Source of the DNA: Puccinia triticina
Lineage: Eukaryota
NCBI GenBank assembly: GCA_026914245.1
Contig: CP110439.1
Span: 7,192,001 to 7,256,000, forward strand
Direction of reading: 5' to 3'
Length of the DNA: 64,000 bases
The translations under genes were made by a program, and so were the position numbers. Below the pieces are notes generated by a model that searched no databases, was not told where the DNA came from, and saw only the letters and a program-made list of their open reading frames with translations. This document shows, in pieces, positions 1-12,584 of this stretch (positions are counted from its first letter, which is position 1; each line of letters opens with the position of its first letter).

Positions 1-2492
1 GAATGAAAAAGGTTTTGTTTCACTTCTTCCGAAGTGTACCGGGGTTACTTGAAGTGGGCTCATTGTGAAATATGGAGCAAAAAGTTCTTACTTGTTGTTT
101 TGGAGTTGACAAGGCCAAGGTGGGAAAATAGAGCTGAGATCAAACTGCGCGAAACTGCGCAAGTTAAAAAGTCTGTTTTTTCAGCAGCTGTGGCCAATAA
201 TTTGGCAAATTATGATGTAGTCAGGCTTTTTTTTCAAATTTTATTTTCATGAAGTTGTCAAAATGTCACTTTTTTGGAAACTCTCTGGATATACTCTCAC
301 CAAAATTTAATATAGCACTGAAACACTCAATCAGCGCTACACCTACATGAAGGATAGCGGAGAGCTGTCATTCATTCTTTATCTTTGCAAAATCAACAGC
401 TTTTGTGTCACTTCTTCCAAAGCATACCAGGGTGACTTGAAATGGGCTTATTTTTGAAACATGGAGAAAAAAAATTCTTACTTGTTTTGCCTCCATATTT
501 TTGCTGATATGACATTCCTTTCTGGAAAGTTTTGGAGTCTTTTGTGCTTGTGAGATTTCTGATCTTTAATGTGATATATTTCAATTTTATTAAACAGAGT
601 TTCCCAAAAATTTATAGGGGGGTTCACTATAGCTTTTCACCAGAAATTTTTATTGGACCACCAAAAATATTGCATGCGCTGCGCAGGATAAAATTAAGGT
701 TAATTTTAGGCCACCAGGAAAACTTGTGTTTGTCTCACCTATGGAAATGTTTGGGTGTCAGCAGTTCCCCCTGTATTGGGGTCACTGGTGCAGCCCAAAA
801 GTTGTACCAAGTGCAGAGGCATCCTAACTATGGATAGTGGACCCACCCTCAAGATGTTTTAGGAGAAGGATCTCAAGCTCTGCCTCCGCCTCCGCCAAGA
901 TATTCAAGGTTTTGAACTCCACCTCTGCCAATTCAGGTTCAGTTTCATGTGGGAGTCTTGGGGACTCTTAACTTATTGAGTGGGGCAAAGGCACAAAGAT
1001 GCTCTAGAGCCAGGTTTCTATGTCCAACGGAAGTTTTGTATTACACTAGCGCTGGTAGAGGGAGCAGTATTTTGAAGGTCTCTCAGTACATACAAGCTTT
1101 TTAGGATTAGAGAAAAGGAAAGACTTACCTGGTGCCGGTAGAGAGAGCAGTAGTTGGAAGTTCTCTACCAGGCTAGGAGGGAGAATGAGAGCGGACTAAT
1201 TATCTGTTGTGCTTATGTAAGATTGCTACAGATCTTGTGAAGCCCCAAAGAAGGCTCTACATTTCATCACACTCCTTTGGTTCTATTTTCCTTTGCTCTC
1301 TCACTCTGCTTTTTGCTCCTCTTTTATCTGTGTTCTGCGGATTGCCTCATATTTGGGAGTTCTGTTTTTGGCTGTTAGACTTAGACCATAGCTAAAGTTC
1401 TTTGTGATGTTGGACAAGGTCCCCATGCAATTTACATCCTGATTCAAGGGAAATGCCATCAATTTTCTGAGCATTTGTGATCCTGATCCTGATTCTTTCT
1501 GAGTTCTGCCAAGCCTTTGAGCTGATTCCCTAAATCCTTTCTGCATCTCTGACCTGTGATGCCATTTTCATAATTTTGAACTTTGTGCATCCCTTCTTCA
1601 CCTCTCCAACACCCTTCATTGGACTTTATTCTACTGATTCTCATTCCTACACCTACACCAAGGGTATCCAGTCCCTCTGTCATCTCAAACAAATCACCCC
1701 CCCCCCCCCCCCGCCCCAACTACACTATCGTTTTTTTGATCCTCTTTCTGCTCAAGACTTTATGGACCGCCACAACCTCCTGCAGGGAGGGACATGCATA
1801 TTATCCCCCAATTTCATAGGGAAGCAGAAAGTGCCAAATGGCTGTAAGGTTTTTTAACCTTTTAATAAATCCGCCCCCACCAACTCCAAAGGCCTGAAAC
1901 ACAGCTTTCTGATCCTTCTGCATCTCCTCTACAATTACATCTCCTCAGAATCTTTTCATCACCATTAATATATTTTTAATAAATTCTTGAAAAATGACCT
2001 CTCAAGAAATGCATCCGCACAAGGATTCACAAGGCTTTATTCCTTGTAGATCCTGTGTATCCATAAATCTGTATGATTTCAAAGTTTTATGTAGTCTGCC
2101 AAGTACTCCAAGTCACCAAATGCTGATCCACATGCAGATGGATCTCCCAAACTTATACATGGTGTAGAGTTTTGTTTTGCTGCCTCGACCTAGATTTTGG
2201 GACACTTTTGCCACTAGGGATTGAAATACTTTGATTGAGAGGCTGGTACAGGTGTCCAAATTTGCGTAGAAATTAAGGCTACAAGGTTGTCTATCCAGTT
2301 TTTTGTTTTGTTTTTATTACACTTGATAGGACTTTTTTTTGCAGCGCGCCGCCTCCGCGCGGGTCCCCCGGACCTCCGTTCCAGTGGCTTTGTGGTATAC
2401 ACGTGCCTCTCCTTCCCGAGAGGCGCTTCGATTAGTTAAAAGCACGAGGAGCAGTCCCGAGCTGGCCCGAGCCAGAAATCCACCGCAACACA

Positions 2493-3712
2493 ATGGCCGA
2501 ACGACTACCAGGAGAATAGAGCAAGCTGCTCATGAGGGCATCAGAGAAGCAATCGACCGTCTCGACCCAGTCCAACTCAACCCGCTCAAAACACACACAA
2601 AGACCACCGACGACATGAACGCGATCATCAGCCAGATCAAGCAAGAGCTCAGCCGGATCGACAGCCAGCTCGACGTCTGTCTGTCTCCTATCTCTCTTGT
2701 ACAATAACAACTCAATCTCCACCGCTGACTGGATGCATTTATCAGGAACTCGAGCTGATCGCAGATGAAGCCGAGGATGAAGCGAGCAGAACGGACGCAC
2801 TCACGATCGCAGAGGACCATCGAAACCAGGCCACCAGGTTCATTTTCGCCAGTCTAGAGATCTCAAAAAGAAGATCAATATGACTATCCTATTGGTGTGA
2901 TCCAGGCTCAGAGTGTCTTTCCAGACGATCTCCCTGGACGTCAAACGAGCCCTCTCGAACAGCACCCTCGAGTCAGCACGAGCCGAGCTACTCAGCGGGG
3001 TAACGCCCAAGACTGGCAGATCATCTAACACGCATGACGCGCTCATCTCGGCCTCCTCCGATGTCAGCCAATCACTCCGGAACACGCTCGAGATCATGCG
3101 ACAGGCACTCGATCGCTCAGTGGTGTCCACCCACTTGCTTGGTCAGTCACCTCATACCCACTCTCTCTCTGCAAATGGCTATCTAGACTGCTCATACCAT
3201 TTCTAAAACATCCAGAACAACAAACGGCCACGCTCCAGCTGACCTCGGACCAATACTTGAGTTTTGGCGAGCTAATGAAAACCTCCCGTGCGCTGATCAG
3301 CAGCCTACAACGGGCCGATCTGGACAGGATCCTGCTCACGGGCGCCTTGACCTTCTTCGCCCTGGTGTGTCTGTACATCTCGAAGATGCAGATCCTAGAC
3401 CGGGGCGTCTCGTTGCTCTCCCCCCTCCTCTCCCCCCTTAGCCGGACTACGGCCAAGATCATCAGCAACAACGAGCAGGCCGCTGTCGCCCTCAGCTCGA
3501 CCGGCCAACAGGATGATCTCTTGATCGGTGCTGCAGCGGCAGCTGCGGAGGCGTCGCTTTCATCCCCAGCCTCACATCCCTCGATTTACCCCCTGCCATC
3601 ACCGGACCTCCGCTCACATCTACCCCCGCCAATCCATCTGTCCTGCAAATACCATAAATCGAACTGCTTCATGAAGAACTTTAAAAGGTCCATACGTCCC
3701 TTGAGAACTTAG
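2493..3712 (+). CDS. SEC20: Sec20 ER/Golgi retrograde SNARE; exons ~2493-2674, 2746-2837, 2906-3141, 3216-3712; apparent 1-nt deletion near 2514-2516
   Basis: GT..AG introns join in frame to give ...RLRVSFQTISLDVKRAL...SSDVSQSLRNTLEIMRQALDRSVVSTHLLEQQTATLQLTSDQYLSFGELMKTSRALISSLQRADLDRILLTGALTFFALVCLYI. This is a Sec20-type SNARE helix followed by a TM segment. The 3' end may contain a further intron. Confidence 0.85.
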
Positions 3713-4233
3713 CCAGTTGATCATGACACTTTCTATCCAAGATTCTGTATTCTTTTGTACTCACATAATTACTCTGTTCAAATCGATACCCCAAATTTTT
3801 GTATTATCATTTCCTTGGCCCTCAGCAGCTATTATCCCTCTTGTTTATTTTTCATTGGTCCGTGTGAGATGCATGTGTGTCTATTGTAGGGGGTCGTTAA
3901 GCTGATTGGTTTATTTGCAAATCCACAACTGTAAAAAGAGTTTTCTCTAAGTGGTTTAAGGGGCCCTTCTGTAATTGTGGAGTGAAGTCAGACAACTAGA
4001 CTGGATGCCAACAGTGAGGCTGCCTGGGTCAACGGCACTGGCCCTCCTGGCCTCCACTAGCAGCTCCAATATCGCTGCGGCAGGAGTTAGCTCTGCCAAC
4101 TACCTAGTAAAATCAGCGCCTCTGGCCCTGAAGTAGCGGTCAGCGTCCATTTTTAACGAGGCTTCGAGGGTTTTCTGCTACGGCCACACTGATTGTCAGC
4201 GCTAGTGCTGGGCGGCTGTAGGGAACAGCGGTA

Positions 4234-4990
4234 TTAAGCTAAATGAAGCTGCAGCGCCGCCCCCCGATCGCGCGAATGTTTTTTGCTCCGGAGAATTAGT
4301 GGTGCAACGCCGCGCTGTTGATCACAGTAAAAGGCTGCTTCTTCAGCCCAGCACACCCGTTGGGCGCAACACCAATCCCAATACCAAACCGACTTAGCCT
4401 GACTCTCCTTCAACCGCGCCGCCGCTTTAGCAATGCTGGATCCCCGCCTCAGAAATTGTTCCACCCGCGCCACCAACAAATTGTCCGCAGACTTTACCTT
4501 CCACCAGTCCACCGCCAAATACGCAAGCATCTCAATATCCACCGGCAAAACCAGCTGACAGCCAAATAACAACTCATAAGGCAACCAGCTTGTTTTCTGT
4601 TTAGTAGAGATCCTATCCGCAAATAGCACCAGGGGTAGAAATTGCTGCCACTTCTTCCTGCCTTCACCGCACAGCTTGACCAATGTGTTCTTGATAAGCC
4701 CACTCAACCATTCCTGCACCCATTGGGTAATATTCCGTGACCTGGCCAAACTTAGCACAACAGAATTCCATAAGCCGCTGCAAAACTCCACACCACCATT
4801 GACAGTAATCAACCAAATACACCCAAAAACTGCAAACCAGTCCTATTTCAAGAACTGCTTCACCTTCTCCACCGTGAGCTTCACCAAACGTGTGGCTTCT
4901 ACACAACCAGACAAATCATTGAGCTCCACAATCAGGAGGTGTTGTGGGCGGGATGGAGGCTGCAGGAGTAGGGACCCACTCCCTACAGAG
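4234..4990 (-). mobile_element. Ty3/Gypsy integrase fragment (degenerate)
   Basis: Translation LIKNTLVKLCGEGRKKWQQFLPLVLFADRIST...PYELLFG resembles the C-terminal part of a retroelement integrase core. It is frameshifted upstream. Confidence 0.75.
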
Positions 4991-5229
4991 CTTCAGACCA
5001 AGTTTGATAGCAACCCGGTTTAGCACCCGCGGTGGAGTAAGTCCCTCAGTCCAAGCTTATTTCAAAACACAATAAATGTGAAAAAAAAAAATATGCAATT
5101 TTGAACGCCATAAATGTTGGACCAAGCTTTTTGGACTAGTTCTGCAGTCGGGGGTGAGCAAAGTGCAGAACTCATGACAAAGTCTGCCCATCAACTGCTA
5201 GTTAATTTCTGCAGTGAATTTCTTGGGAT

Positions 5230-5852
5230 TTACTTAAACGGTGGGCAATGTAAGATGTAAAGAAGGAGGAAAATAGCCGCCCCTACAACGAGAAGGGTGG
5301 CCGGGGCGATACAAGCACCGAATAGACAAGAGCATGTTATGCAATCTGATCCTCCCCTTTGAACAGTAGTTCTAGTACTGGACGTGATAGTGCGATGTTC
5401 GGCGGGTCTTCCCGGATGATCTTGGGGAACCTTGAAACCGTGATTGATTTGATAATAGGCCTTCTCAAGGTCGTCATCTTCCTGTTCTTTCATCTCATAC
5501 GGCTACACGTGCAAGCAGATTGTTTCGAGCGGAGAACGTTCAGACTACGTATGGTTTGAAATGGCTCGAAATGGCTCTTGAATCCGTTGGCAGGACTCAC
5601 CAGAGTATTAATTGGCGGGGGGAACGGATTCTCTTCTGCGTTTGATCCTGCGTTGATCAGAACTGGACATCCAGGCAGAAGGGAAGACTCTGCTACTGGC
5701 AAACTGATCCCTTCTGCCGGTACGGAGCTCATAGCAGCATATTGTCCGATAAGCTATTGGAGAAGGCGTGTCTGTTAGTTCATAGCTGAAAAGTTGCGAA
5801 GCACAAGTGAGATTTAGAAACTGACTAGGAAAATGAGGAGAATGTAGACCAT
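5230..5852 (-). CDS. Signal-peptide + C-terminal TM protein, paralog A (~150 aa); exons 5852-5826, 5753-5601, 5502-5230
   Basis: Introns GTCAGT..TAG (72 nt) and GTGAGT..TAG (98 nt) join in frame: MVYILLIFLLIGQYAAMSSVPAEG...NTL|PYEMKEQEDDDLEKA...CLFGACIAPATLLVVGAAIFLLLYILHCPPFK*. The same exon structure is kept in paralog B. Confidence 0.75.
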
Positions 5853-6361
5853 GATGAGGAGCGACCGTAGAGACCAGGTGGATGAATGGGACTTGCTGTG
5901 GCGAGAGGCCTGTGGGCCCGGCGGCGCTTTTTTTTATTCTCGGGTGTTGTGAAATGAGACACTTCTTGAGACCATCCAGCCCCTCTTACCATTCTGCTCT
6001 CTTCCATGACCGTCTTCCCAATGTTACTTGACCCACTGCCACCCCCTCAATACTCGGTAGACATTGGAGGCCTTACTATATCAGTACATCTCTTGTTGAG
6101 TGCCATGTACCCAAATCTTCTGGGGGCTCGGAACCACAACCCCACTGTTTGGTTTTCAAATTAATCAAAAAAACAAAACATCATGTCTCCATCCCCTGCT
6201 CCAGACCCACCTCCTCCACCAACAGAATTTCAACCAGAGACGCCCCTTCAGACGGCCACTAGTATCACCGAAATTTTGTATCGATTCCTTTCCGAAGCAG
6301 CCTCGAGCAAAAATTTCACACGCGCACTCAACTTTGAGCAAATATTTATGTCAAACACTAA

Positions 6362-6747
6362 GGCCCTGTTTGGCACTGATAAAAATATAGGTGATATAAT
6401 CACCGGTTAATTCAATAAAAAATACAAAATTTAACATAAAGCCTCCAAATTCTTTTTGTAGGCAACCTACAGTGCTGGTCTCTTCAACTGTGAACCCAGA
6501 ATCAACTTATCCAGCCATCTTCAGCACCATAATACCATTATATCACTTCATATTGGTCAAAAGTGATATAATGGTATTATCGTGCTGAAGATGGCTGAAT
6601 CAGTTGAATCTGATTTCAAAGTTGAAGAGACCAGCACTGTAGGTTGCCCACAAAAAAAATTTGGAGGCTTTATGTTGAATTTTCTATTTTTTATTGAATT
6701 AATCAGCGATTATATCACCTATAATTATATTGGTGCCAAACAGGGCC
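6362..6747. mobile_element. PIF/Harbinger (Tourist-like) fold-back MITE
   Basis: Termini ggccctgtttggcac / gtgccaaacagggcc, long internal inverted repeat, TAA on both sides. Confidence 0.85.
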
Positions 6748-6901
6748 TAAGGGCCCAATTATAAACCAGTTTTGGGATAATTTTGGGCTTGTTTTCAAAT
6801 AAGTTTGAAATCAAAAAAAGTTATCTTGGGGGGGCAGATACAGTGGCCAAAACAGTTTCTAACCTGTTTCAAGCTCTAAGCCAGACAATCCAACTTCAGA
6901 C

Positions 6902-7760
6902 TAGGGTTCCGATCCGGTGCCCCGGGTCCGGGTACCGCCTTCCCGAGATCTGTACCCGGCATATCTGGCTCCGACGCCGGGTACCCACCGGGTATGGCCA
7001 AAAATTGAGCTACTAAGGCTCTGATGGGTGATGGTGGGAATCTGTGCTTTCTGATCACCACCACCACCGGGAAATGGTCCCTAAACACGCTGCAGAAGAC
7101 CCCGAACCAATTGTCATTGATTCAGACTCCGAAAACAAACGGTCGACGCGTGAGGATGGTGCTGAAACCACAATTCTTTAGCATATTCTTGCCGGCCGTG
7201 ATGACAAGTGATTCGGGGAAACCTCAGCTGGTGGTCAACGACCCCTGGTAAGAGAATCCATCTCACTTGACTGACAGTCGCCGTGCTGAGGAGAATACCC
7301 AGGCTAGAGCCATTCACTCAGACTATCGAGGCTCAGTACGTGACTTGTCTTGACTGTCTCTCCTTCCCCTAGTACTACTGACTACCACTGCTGTATATGA
7401 ATCAGCATTCTAAAGTTTAAACATGGCAGACAAAAATTGACAAGACCAAAGGCGGATTAGATCCATTCTCCAAAGGGTACAAGAAATTTGGATTGGTTGC
7501 ATAAGCAGACAGATTGATCCTCTACCTTGAATGGGCTGCAGGCGCTCAAAACGCCAGCCTGATCGGCGACTTCAATAGTTTCAGGCAGGGAAAAGCTATT
7601 TTGAGAAGAGGATTCAATAAATGAAATGCCTGTCCTCTGCTCCTCTGCTTTACAGATACCCGACCGGATACCCGGTATCTTGGGAGCCATCCCGTGACCC
7701 GACTCGACCTGGTATCCGGTTGGGTAGCACCGGATCTTCGGGGTCCGGATTGGAACCCTA
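6902..7760. mobile_element. hAT-type non-autonomous element
   Basis: TIR tagggttccgatccgg / ccggattggaacccta and a perfect 8-bp TSD cttcagac. The LINE ORF1 reads through in frame once the element is removed. Confidence 0.9.
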
Positions 7761-9581
7761 CTTCAGACCGCTCTTAGCAAGATCAGCTTCAACGAGGGTA
7801 CCAAAGCCGATGATGCGAAAACGGGAAATCAACTTCTAGAAAAGATAGCAGAACGTTTGGATCGCTTGGAGCGTCAAACGGTGGTCACAGCCCCACCTCC
7901 ACCTTCTACCTGGGCTTTGGTTACCAAACCCAACAAAAAAGGGAAACCTCATCAATTGAAAGGGCAGATAATGCCCGCAATACCATCAAACACCGAAATC
8001 AACGAATTCAAGAAGGCAAGCATTGTCATTTGCACACCCCTGGGCTTTGCTGCATTGGATTCAATGTTGGCTCCAAAAACCACCGCAAAAATTAACAGAG
8101 CTCTAGCATTGGTAAATGCAACCGTTGACTCACAACTCATCGAGGTAGCAGGTATTGCTCGACTCCCATCAAAAGACCTCAAGATCTACACAAGTAACCA
8201 TTCACAATCTCGCTGGCTCCTCACAAACAAACACATATGGACAGACCTAGTTTGCGACAAACTCAAAACTTTTCCAAGCTGATTCCCAGTAATCCTCTAT
8301 GCTCTACCAAAAACCTTTGATCCAACCAACCGTACACATCTACAGGAACTAGGCACTCAGAACCGCATTGAACCTAGCTTGATCTAATCAGCTTGTTGGT
8401 TGGGAAACCCCAGTGGCAACGGAAAGAAAAACGGATCAATAGTTCTTCAACTCCTGAACAAGGAGATCACACTCAACATAGAGAAGACGGGGCTATTCCT
8501 TCAAAATGAACTATATTGGGGCGCACACTGATTGGTCCCTCAATGATTTCGATGCTGGAAGTTAGGCTGCACAGCGCAATGGTGCAAAAACTCCCCACTC
8601 TGCAACAAGTGTACTGGCGCGCACAACTCAAACACATGTAACATCATTTCCACAGGACCCACAAAGTGCTGCATATGTGTAACACAGGAAGAAACATGTT
8701 CAAAGAAAAGGTCAACACTCTGGAAAAAAAGTTTGCTCACCCCCCATGGTCCAAATCATGTCCACAAATGAGGCAAGAGATCCAAAGCCGCAAGAGACAT
8801 TGTTGGAATGCTTAGCCTAAACCTGTTTTTTTTCTCTTTTCCTTTTGATTCCTCTCTATCTCAATACCTGCTTGATTGATAATCTAGATCCAACCAAATT
8901 ATTAGGGCATTTTGTACGACTGGTTTAATTTTCATTGGCATGATAGGCCCTTTTTTGTACCTCCAGGGGTTCTACACTACAGTGCGCAATGTCAAATCAA
9001 CTCAAAAAAAAACTTCTGTAACTTGCTTCAAGTATTCATCAACACAAGCTGGACGTTTGATAAATGTTTTGCAAGTTAGTTGGTCCGTTTCACCGTGTTT
9101 TGAGGCCGGAGACAAGCTTGACTGGTTTGTGGATTGCTATAAAGAATAAAATTTGAGACTTGGGTACCTGTTGGCACCCGGGTACCCCCTTTCTTTGGCC
9201 AAAACCTGTACCTCACACTGCACCCGGCACCGCTTGGCGGGTACCAGCGGTACTTTTGGCAGGTACCGCAGGCACCCACTGAGTTTTTTTGCTATGTGAA
9301 AATCAATCTGACATTGCCTTTACTTTTCAGACATGACTAACATATTTATATCTCCCATGTCAACAATAATAACAATCTTATCAGCTAATTATTGGTCAAT
9401 AATTACTATTCACCTGGGCTCAATCTTCATCCACAACAACAATTTTTCTTTTTGACTTCTTGGAAGTCTTGCTGGAATCAATCATTTCTTCTTTCCACGA
9501 GGCCATGATCCCTTCTTTGATCATATTATTCTTAGAGTAGAATGCAACAGTCATTCCTCTACTGATTGAGTGGGCTCCTAG

Positions 9582-10209
9582 CAAGGGTGGGCCGTTACAT
9601 TACCCGTAATTGGGAACGTAACTTTTAAAGTTACGTTACCCAGTAGTCACAGATACCTTGATTTTAGTTACGATATTTGCCGCAGAAAAAGGGCTGTTTA
9701 TTTTCTAGTTACGTTACCCAGAAGCTTTCAACAAAATGGGTTACGTTACAGTTTTGCCCAAATTTGGGTAACTTTGCCGTAACTTTCCAAGAGAATTGGC
9801 TACTTGTGGGTTTTTTTGTTCATTATGAGAACGTATTGGGCTCAAGTTGATGTAAAACAGCCACTGATGCCAGTTTCTGCCCAGGGTCTCAGGTCAAAAT
9901 AGGTGCACAGTGAGGATTGAACCCGCAACCTGCATGTTGCAAAACATACAAGTGGCAAGCACTAACCATTATGCTAAATTCATTATTCAAATGAACCATT
10001 TTTTGAGAATATTGAACAAAAAATGTCCACCCCAAAAAAGTTACGTTATCCAAAACCTCCAAAACTCAAAAATAAAAAAAGTTACTTTACGTTACGTTAC
10101 TCAAAAAAAAATGTTACGTTACCCAAATGGCTAATTTGGATAACTAAAAAAAAGTTACGGTATCCAATTAGCCCTCTGTAACGTACCGTAACGTAACTGC
10201 CCACCCTTG
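9582..10209. mobile_element. TIR element with CAAGGG termini, 7-bp TSD, GTTAC-rich subterminal repeats and an internal tRNA-like cassette
   Basis: TIR caagggtgggc / gcccacccttg, TSD ctcctag on both sides. It interrupts the hAT relic exactly. Confidence 0.85.
9900..9985 (-). promoter_or_regulatory. tRNA-like Pol III A-box/B-box cassette inside the TIR element
   Basis: On the minus strand: TAGCATAATGG (A box, 9976-9966), D-arm GCAT/GTGC, GGTTCAATCC (B box, 9923-9914), then TTTT. Confidence 0.6.
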
Positions 10210-10703
10210 CTCCTAGTCAATGCCTCTTTGAAGAAACGTAATAGCGCCCAAAGCTGAGTGCTCTCTCAATGTCGAAAGAAAACAGAAAATCTTGAACCCA
10301 ACTGGACAGCTTAATACGTCCAGCGCCATATCAATGAGGCCACCATGCATGTTCCCAGATCTCTTCTTGTGAAGCCACCACTTGATTGGGTTCAACGGTT
10401 TGATTCCTTCAAGAAGTCATCCTGCTAGCCAGACATCCAATGCGTTGGTTGGGCAGTTTCCTCCTTGGGCCGCAGCAGCATCACCCAGGCCCGCAAGCAT
10501 ACTTGTCCTGGGCTGTGATGAGATATAAAAAAAAACGCCAAACAAGTAAGCAGGTTGTTCATGGAGATCTCAGCAGATTGTGACCTACCTTGGAAGTCGG
10601 AGCTGGGACAGTCCCGGGATTAGTCAGTTGTTTGGGCTTGTAAAAGGAAACCCACATTTCCCATGCTAGTCGTATGGCTTTGGCAATCCATGTGGGTTCC
10701 CAT

Positions 10704-11516
10704 CAAAGACTAGCACAGTGGTATTCGACGTGTTTTTTGGGACCTTCAAATACTGATTTGTCAAATATTTGAATATTTGGAGATATTTGACAGAAAAACT
10801 TCCAAAATACATTAAAAACACCAAAAAATTACATTTTTTGTGTTTTTGACTTCTTTTGGCCCATTTCTGGGCCATACATTTTTGAGGAGGTCATCTGTCA
10901 AAAATATCATGGTGCCAAAGATGCTTACAATATTGCCGGAGGCATATCTCATAATGGTGGATGCACTACATATTCAGAGTGCCAGACACACTTTTGATAG
11001 TGGCGGACGCACTTTTGATAGTGGCAGAAACACTTTTGATAGTGGCGGACGCACTTTTGACGGTGGCGGACGCACCTTTGATAGTGGCAGATGCAGCACA
11101 GCGCGTGCTCTTTTGCGCCCTGCGTGCTTAGCGTTAGCGCAATTGTGCCTATCTGTGTTAACGCTACACTAAAATCTAAAATGTATCTGTGCTAACGCTA
11201 CGCTAAAAGCTAAAATAGCTTTGCACCCTGTGCGCGTAGCGTCAGCGCAGATGCGCGCGATTGCAATAACGCTACGCTAAAAAAGAGTGCATTTGCGCTG
11301 CGCTACACTACACTAACAGCTATGGTTAGCGTAGCTGACCCACTTTTGGGCCTTTTCAAACTCATCTGGGGCCTTTGGGCCCCAGAAAAGCTTGCATTGA
11401 GCCATTATTCAAATTTATTTGAATATTCAAGCTTGAATTTGCCCGGGAAGTATTCAACTCAAATCAAATACGAATACAAATACTCAAATTGATTCGATTC
11501 AATGTGCTAGTCTTTG
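10704..11516. mobile_element. Non-autonomous TIR element (hAT-like) with an internal 21-bp tandem array
   Basis: TIR caaagactagcaca / tgtgctagtctttg, 8-bp TSD gttcccat, and cacttttgatagtggcggacg repeats at ~10989-11090. Confidence 0.8.
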
Positions 11517-11780
11517 GTTCCCATTTCACCAATTTGAAGTAATCATCCTTGAAAGACGGGTGCATCACTTAAAGAGAATATCATATTTTACAATTCAAAT
11601 GACAAGGAAAAAGAAAAAGAGAATTTTACTGACAAATAGCAATTCTGTACATACGGAGGGGATGAGTTGGTTAAGCTGTAGTACTTTTTTGTACTTTTTA
11701 ATCCATGTTGACAGGCATTTCTCAGCATTGGAGGATAATTTTTGATAAGTGTTCAGTGATTTGGTTGATGTAGATAACTA

Positions 11781-12584
11781 CACCACAGGGCGCATTCCTG
11801 GAAATGCGCTGCATCCCGCAGATGTTTCTGACTGAGAAATCTCCAGAGGATGTCCGGGGAGAATCCAGCGGACACAATGTGCAATGAGCATCACTTGGAC
11901 GCTTCCAGAAGCGTCCAAGTGATGCTTTGCCCTTCAAACCATTGGGCGGACATCAAAAATTGCCGCCGTCCATTGGACACTCTCAAATTGAGAGTGTACA
12001 ATGGAAATCTTGATGGTCCAAACACTCAATATCCATTGGACACTCTGGCTAGAGTTTCCAATGGACGTCAGACAAAGCTGTTGACCGGAAACTCTCAGTT
12101 GAGAGTGTCCGGTGGACACCAAAACTGTTTTTCATCAGACACTCTGGCTGGAGTGTCTAATGGATGTTTGGAAACAAGTTTCCAGTGTGTTGTGGTGAGT
12201 GTGTGTGCCCCAATAGCATAGCCAGCATGTCGTAGCCGGTAGCAACTGCCCCATGAGTTGCAGCTAAAATCCTACCCTCTCCAGTGTTTGACTGGAGGTC
12301 CACTCATCCCCCCCGCCCCGTTTGCTAATCAGCCACCCCCACCAGCCCATTGGGCCACCCTCAGTCACCCACCTCCATGCAATCTGGCCTGATATTTTGA
12401 CCAAAAGGGAATGGTGGCTGAAATCCGGCTGATGTTTGCTCACCATCCAGCGGATGCATACAGGGTAAACGTCCACCATTGCACAATGCAAGTGGCATCC
12501 AGAGGATGTTTCCTGCAGCGCCAGAGCTGGACATCCGCGGACATTTCCAAATGCATGTCCGATCAACGTCTGTGACACGTGGTG
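11781..12584. mobile_element. Non-autonomous element with CACCAC..GTGGTG ends
   Basis: Short TIR flanked by TA on both sides. hAT coding sequence resumes across it. Confidence 0.65.

Larger units (their letters stand above)
6123..9012 (+). mobile_element. Non-LTR (Tad1-like) element carrying only ORF1/gag, with two nested MITEs
   Basis: TSD cttctg at 6117-6122 and 9013-9018, with an A9 tail at 9004-9012. The empty site is visible in paralog B's upstream region (aaatcttctgcaac, ~32207). ORF1 pieces at 6183-, 6783- and 7769-8282 are followed by a decayed zinc knuckle at ~8540-8640 (RCWKLGCTAQWC..PLCNKCTGAHNSNTC). Confidence 0.75.

Noticed and set aside
1..2200. Short ORFs and a ~90-bp direct repeat (15-100 vs 405-490)
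   Set aside because: Probably decayed repeat sequence; no family could be supported.
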